Positions 58,001 to 64,000 of a stretch of DNA of 64,000 bases are shown here, piece by piece. The stretch is from Eledone cirrhosa (taxonomy: Eukaryota), in contig OZ024743.1 in NCBI GenBank assembly GCA_964016885.1, positions 63,426,001 to 63,490,000 on the forward strand, read 5' to 3'. The notes under the pieces were generated by a model that worked only from the letters and a program-made list of their open reading frames with translations, was not told the DNA's origin and made no database searches. Position 1 is the first letter of the stretch. Every line of letters begins with the position of its first letter. The position numbers and the translations under genes are program-made.

Positions 58001-58536
58001 ATAAAGATAGACGGTAACCACGGAATAGGCAGACCCAGAAAAACCTGGGACGAGCTGATAAACTCCGACCTCACACACTTACACCTCACCAAGACAATGT
58101 CACTGGACCGAGACCTTTGGCGTTACTCAGTAACAGAGAAGACCCGCCTTACCTAAATACAAAGTAAAACCTACTACAGTCAGTAGGCATCTCTAACAAA
58201 ATACACCCCCCCCCATCCACACCGCCCCCTTCTATGTAAAGTTATGTTGGTGCCACACCATCCAGGCCGAAACAAATGAGATTGTGTAGGTGTCACGACA
58301 AAAAAACACACAGTCCACGCTGTAATGTGGCCGTGTAGGCAACACGGTAAAAACCTCCCAGACCCACACTGTAAATGTGGTTGGTGTTAGGAAGGGCATC
58401 CAACTGTAGAAAACCTGCCAGACAGTCCTATGCGAGCAAGACAATCACTCTTGCCTCAAGTGGGACTACTACCGTCCATACCCATGCAAGCGTGGAACAT
58501 GGACGTTAAACGTTGATGATGATGATGATGATGATA
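55016..58536 (+). mobile_element. Near full-length RTE-clade LINE (APE endonuclease + RT + inserted PHD finger, 3'UTR, (GAT)n tail)
   Basis: APE motifs GTLNVGTL, QETRW, SAYAPQ, GDLNGHVG, SQVDYI. RT motifs QFGF, FVDLEKAFDRV, GVHQGSVLSP, YADD (57200-57211). C-terminal GRPRKTW. Tail gatgatgat. Inserted next to (TA)n. Confidence 0.95.
55136..58156 (+). pseudogene. RTE polyprotein reading frame interrupted by one TAA at 55823-55825
   Basis: ORFs 55136-55825 and 56114-58156 are in the same frame (offset 978). The segment between them is open (EECTS*HRLIISDL...WKLKDP...WWWN). An in-frame ATG at 55028 is followed by another TAA at 55064. Confidence 0.9.
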
Positions 58537-59027
58537 TACTATAAAGTATGTCCATAGAATCATTTGATAATATATATACAGCATTTCCTCTCCCAATTAG
58601 CATAATCAACCACACAAAAAATCAATTAAACCAGGTTATAAGATTAAAAGGCACCTACGAAGAAATAGTAGATAAATAAACGACAGCAATTTATTCGCAA
58701 TCAACTGCTATAGAATATATTTACCCAACATTTCAATAGTATGTGGAAATCGATTAAATATACCGCAATTAGGTATAAAATTAAAGTTAGAAGAAAAAAT
58801 GCATATACACATACCAGGATTACGTTTCTACCCTTATATATATATATATATATATAAATATGTGTGGTTATTGGGTAGTTGGACTAGGGTCAAAATTAGT
58901 GATCTACCAAAGGAGCTAAGCTATATATAGTCTGCTAAACATAGTCTGCAGTGCTGAGATTGGGTAAACTCCAAATCATGGGTGTGCTCTACCTGGTCTC
59001 AGTACCACAGACTCTCTCACTCTCTCT

Positions 59028-59107
<80 letters not shown>

Positions 59108-59110
<3 letters not shown>

Positions 59111-60804
59111 CAAGGTGTTAAAAGCATCTGGGTCTGAGGGTCACACCTTAATCTCACATAGGGTAAATCAAGTAATACTAAATGGTGTCATACCGAATGA
59201 TTGGTGCAGCACCATCATTATTAACTGCTACAAGAGTAAAGGAGATGCAATAGATAGATGCAATTATAGATGCATCTAGTTGATGGACCAGGTCATGAAA
59301 ATAACTGAAAGACTTATAGCACAGATGATTAGGGACCGGGTAAATATAGATGAGATGCAGTTTGGATTTGTACCAGGCTAAAGCACCACAGATGCTCTCT
59401 TCCTTGTGAAGCAGCTACAGGAGAAGTACCTACCAAAAAGTAAGCCCCCTCAATCTGGCATTTGTTGAGAAAGCTTTTGACAGATTCCCCCATTCCATAA
59501 TCAGGTGGGTTCTTAGAAAACTAGGAGTAGATGAGTGGCTTGTGAAAGCTATACAAGCCATGTATAGGGGAGCAGTCAGCAAAGTTAGGATTAACAACGA
59601 CTATAGTGAGAAATTTAGCATGCAAGTTGGCATCCACCAGGACTCTGTTCTTAGCCCTCACCTGTTTATTATCACTACAGTCTATAACAGAGAAGTTTAA
59701 GACCAGCTGCCCATGGGAACTTAACTTCTGTACATGGATGACCTTACACTCATAGCTGAGTTTATGGAAACACTAGAGAAGAAATTCCAAACCTGGAACA
59801 AAGGGTCTTAAAGTCAACCTTGCAAAGACTAAGGTCCTAGTAAGTAGAAGGGAAAACAGAGTCGTGATCCATCAGGGAAATGGCCTTGCTCAGTGTGTAG
59901 GAAAGTTGTAGGTAGAAATTCTATCCTCTGTCCCAAATGTACACAAGAAGATTGAAAAGAAATGGATGTGTAATAGTAATATACATGAACAGCAAAGCAT
60001 AAACAAACTAAGAGAGTAACTAGGCATAAGAGGAATCAGATGCAGTGTGCTGGAGAGGAGATTGCATTGGTATGAACTTGTGATGTGTATGAAGGATGAC
60101 AGCTGTATAAAAAGTGCAGGGCGTTCAAAGATGATGGGAGCCATGGAGTGGGGAGACCCAGGAAAATGTTGGATGAGATGATAAAAGCTGATCTTGCTCA
60201 ATTCCACCTCTCAAAGACGATGACACAGGACGGAGATCTCTGGCGTTATGCAGTATTACAGAAGATCCATCTTCCCATGGACACTGACTAAAGCTGAAGC
60301 ATACATATAGTATGCACCACCTTCACCTTCCCCCAACCCCACTCTTCCATACACCTTCCATGAGGACAGGCTGAAGCATACAGCTAGTGAAGCCCCCAAC
60401 CCACACTGTAAAGTGGTCGTGTAGGTGTCACAACAAAAAGCACCAAGCCACACTGTAATGTGGTTGTGAGGACGTGACAAAAAGCACCCAGCCCACACTG
60501 TAAAGTGGTCGTGTAGGTGTCACAACGAAAAGCACCCAGCCACACTGTAATGTAGTTGTGAGGACAACGTGACAAAAAACACCCAGCCCACACTGTACAG
60601 TAGTTGTGTAGGTGTCACAACAAAAAGCACTCAGTACTCACTGTAAATGTGGTTGGCGTTAAGAAGGGCATCCAGCTGTAGAAATCAAGCCAAAATCAGT
60701 TCTGTATAAGCGAGACATGGTCACCTGACATAGCATTTCTCACAACAGGACAACTCGTGTAACCCATGCTAGCATGGAAAAATGGGCGTTAAACATTGAT
60801 GATA

Positions 60805-60810
<6 letters not shown>
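59108..60810 (+). mobile_element. Older decayed RTE copy with internal deletion and tandemly expanded 3'UTR
   Basis: Encodes DEMQFGFVPG, EKAFDR and GIHQDSVLS with stops and frameshifts. Jumps from CPKC to the RRLKRN region. The 3'UTR ends in gataatgatg. Confidence 0.88.
60399..60650 (+). repeat. A-B-A-B-A tandem array of ~45-50 bp units in an RTE 3'UTR
   Basis: Constant part aaaaagcacccagcccacactgta. The variable parts alternate between gtgtaggtgtcacaac and gtgaggac..gtgac. Confidence 0.85.
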
Positions 60811-60849
<39 letters not shown>

Positions 60850-61319
60850 GTGTATATATATATATGTATATATTATATAAATGCAAACACACTCTATACA
60901 TACATACATATCTGCCCACTCCCACCCACATGTTTATTCAGCTATGTGTGTTTACTGTACTGTATGTATCATCATATCAAGTCAATTACTATAAATAGAA
61001 AGAAACCACTATACATATTTCATCCAATATCTCTCTAATAAGTTATTGCTTAGGAAACATGTCTCAAAATCTAAATCTATATACTTGAAAGTAGAGATGA
61101 CAAACAAAGGAAGGCGGAAAAAAAAATACTCTTAAGCAAACTAAGCAATGAAACCAAAGATGGCTGAATAAAAGTAAATGAATAAAGAAAAAAGGAAACA
61201 AACAAGAAAATTCATCCATTAATTTTTTTTATAAGCTAAATGACATCTAGTGAGAATATGAAGGATAATGTCTTCTTATTTACGTATGTATTTATTAATT
61301 TGACATCTCTCTCTTCTAT

Positions 61320-62020
61320 AGGAGCAGGCATGGCTGTGTGTGTGAGGTGTTCACTTTGCAACCATGTGATTTCACGTACAGTACCCCACTGTGTGGTGGC
61401 ATGCACTTGGGCAAGTGTTTCGATTATAGCATCGGATTGACCGCCTTGTGAGTGAAATTTGGCAGACAGAAACTGAGCAGAAGCCCTTCAAGTACAGTAC
61501 CTCACTGTGTGGTGGTGTGCACTTGGGCAAGTGTTTTCTATCATAGCCTCGGATTGATTGTCTTGTGAGAGAAATTTGGCTAACAGAAGCCTTTCAAGTA
61601 CAGTATCCTGCTGTGTGGTAGCGTGCACTTGGACAAGTGTTTTTTACCATAACCTCGGGTTGACCAACATCTTGTGAGTGAAATTTGGCAGGCAGAAACT
61701 ATTCAGAAGGCCTTCAAGTACAGTACCCTTCTGTGTGGTGCGTGCACTTGGGTAAGTGTTTTCCACCATAGCCTTGAGTTGACCAACATCTTGTGAGTAA
61801 AATTTAGCAGATAGAAACTGTACAGAAGCCTGTTGTGTATATATGGGCATGTATCCTTGTGTTTATGTCCTGTAACTCAGCAGTTTGAAAAATGAGATCA
61901 ATAAAATAAATATTGAACTTGAAAAAAATAAGTACTGGAGTTGATATGATTGCCAAATGTCCCTTTAAAAAGATGACCCAGTATGGCCATTGTCTGATGA
62001 CTGAAACCTGTTAAAGTATC
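61320..62020 (+). mobile_element. CORE-like tRNA SINE with its internal ~110-120 bp module repeated four times
   Basis: Modules gtacagtacc...cacttgggcaagtg...ttgtgagtgaaatttggc...agaagcc start at ~61376, 61491, 61598 and 61718. Relatives lie at ~9735-9870, 19870-20230, 28640-28880 and 47100-47455. Confidence 0.8.
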
Positions 62021-62138
62021 AAACCATATGAAATGATAGAGTAGACAAATAAAGGAAAGAGAAGAAAAAGAAACAAACAAGAAAAAGCACTCATAATTAT
62101 TTTGTAAAGCTACATTTCCTGTGAGATTTTAAAAGGGT

Positions 62139-62168
<30 letters not shown>

Positions 62169-62170
<2 letters not shown>

Positions 62171-62503
62171 GAGGTTCTCAAAGTGGGGACTACCACCCCT
62201 GGAGGACATTGAGAAGGTTCAGGAGCCGCTGGGACCTAAGGGGGCAGTAGAGATGATATAATAGTATATTAAATATCAAATAATACATATTATTTATATA
62301 TAGTAAAATAAAAAAATATATATTTATTTATACATAGTATATATTATATATAAATTAACGATTTTATTTATTATATATTATTTACAATTTGCGTGAAGGT
62401 AGGTCTCTCTGGAAATAGGGTGGGGTACTGAGGGTATTGTGTGGCTGTGAGGGGGGCAGTGGCTGTGAGGGGGGCAGTGGCCTGAAACGTTTGAAAACCT
62501 CTG
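62169..62503. mobile_element. hAT-like MITE inserted in a (CAT)n SINE tail
   Basis: TIRs CAGAGGTTCTCAAA / TTTGAAAACCTCTG. Confidence 0.65.
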
Positions 62504-63114
62504 ATATACATCCTTTAACGTTTGTTTTCCCTGCTAGCATGGGTTGGATAGCTTGTCACAGAGCAAGTCAGTTCTTAATCAAAGTTACAGACACCTCAGA
62601 TGGGTCAGGGTGAGGTGGAGGAGTAGAAGCATCATGCATATATTACAGCATTCAACAGAGTTCGCCAGGTGCATTTTATTATGGTCCTAGCACTAGAAAA
62701 GTTGTCATGACTTAGACACAGCTGAAAAGTCCTCCTGACCCATTGTTTGGCAGGTTTTCTATGACTGGATGCCCTTCCTATCACCAACAATTTTACAGAG
62801 TGTACTGAGTGCATTTATCATGTAGATAGATCACCACTAAAGTGGTTGTCATGCTCTTGACACAACTGAAAAGCCTGTTCTCAGACAATAGTGTAAAATG
62901 GTGAAAGTTGTCTTGGGGTCTACAAGACTAACCCGTGTTTTAGCAGGGAAGTGGCCATAAAATGCTTGTTGTTGCGGTTGTAATTGAAATATTTCATCTC
63001 ACTATATTATATATGTAAGACTCTACTATAGTTTTGTATTTCATATACAGATTGCTCCCCCTAAATTGAATAGAATATGAGACCAAAAGTTGTTCGCCGC
63101 TATCATCAGTTGGC

Positions 63115-63340
63115 TTAACCCTTTGGCATTTAAACCGGTCATATCTATCCAGAATTCTCTTATCTCTCTCTGTTCCAACTGACCATAACCGGCCACTCAT
63201 ACTGACATTAAGGTATTCTTCTCGAAATAAATTATAACATCAAAATCTCATAGATTCCATATTATGTGAGATAATTATGTGGGATAAAGCCTTTACTATG
63301 AAAATACAATAGTAGAGTAATCTAAATGCTAAAAGCTTAA
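63115..63340. mobile_element. piggyBac-type MITE, same family
   Basis: TTAACCCTTTGGCATTTA...TAAATGCTAAAAGCTTAA. Confidence 0.8.
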
Positions 63341-63559
63341 AGACAAAACCCTTTCCTTTTATTACATTTACAATCATCATTACCATTTAATGCCCATTTT
63401 CCACACTAGCATGGGTTAGATGAGTTGTCCTGTTGTGAGACAAGTCAGATAAGGTGACCATGTCTTGCTCATACAGAACTGTTTCTGGATTGGTTTCTAC
63501 AGCTGGATGCCTTTCCTAATACCAACCACATTTACAGCATTGACTGGGTGCTTTTTGTT

Positions 63560-64000
63560 GTGCACACCCCTTTCTGACATATTGTACAAGGTCACTTTCC
63601 TGTTGGTATCACCTTCCTGTCTTCTTTCCTACTTATTAAGACTTTCATCGTCACTAAATTTACTTTTAGGCCTTTCAACTCCAGGTTCTTCTTCCATGCT
63701 TGAAATGCTGCTTCTAACTCTCCTACAAACTGAGCTATGAGAACTAGGTCATCAGCATAAAGGAACTTTCATGGAGCACCCGTTTTTAAATTTTCAGTGA
63801 AAGCCTGAAGTACAATGATAAATAGGAGTGGACTGATCCTTGGTGGATCCTCACCTGCACTTCAAATTCATCACTATACTCATTGCCAACTCTCACACTG
63901 TGGGTTGCTCCTCTATACATGGCCTGCATGGCCCTCATAAGCCTTTTGTCTACACCTAGCTTCTTAAGTACCCATCAGATTATAGAGCATGGGACCCTAT
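63560..64000 (-). mobile_element. Decayed RTE RT fragment
   Basis: Minus strand encodes LYADDL (aggtcatcagcataaagg on +) and a WKKNLELKGLKVNL-like segment. Confidence 0.7.

Noticed and set aside
60399-60650. Repeat-spacer appearance resembling a CRISPR array
   Set aside because: The spacers are short, alternate between two related sequences and sit in a LINE 3'UTR. The context is eukaryotic and there are no cas genes.

Overview
AT-rich, repeat-dense eukaryotic DNA. The SINE, RTE and MITE repertoire suggests an octopod cephalopod (inference, no search run). The only host coding sequence I can support is the first coding exon of a scribble/LAP-family polarity gene (32723-32884, minus strand, 54 codons, phase-0 GT donor). 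I found no second exon, so everything to its left is probably one intron of more than 32 kb. A CpG-retaining zone (~23-37 kb) surrounds the exon. The rest is transposon-derived: a nearly intact RTE LINE (55.0-58.5 kb; APE+RT, one internal premature stop) with a C4HC3 PHD finger inserted just after the RT core, four more RTE fragments, a decayed CRE-like element with a restriction-like endonuclease, CR1/L2-like relics, several modular tRNA-derived SINE families, piggyBac/hAT/TA-flanked MITEs, a Helitron-like end and many microsatellites. The most unusual signals are degenerate hammerhead-ribozyme-like motifs in (TA)n-embedded elements (26.3, 49.0, 51.1 and 51.6 kb), a 325-bp near-perfect palindrome (52505-52829), and repeated SINE insertion at the same target sites. 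Repeat boundaries were read by eye and are approximate (about +/-20 bp unless exact motifs are quoted).
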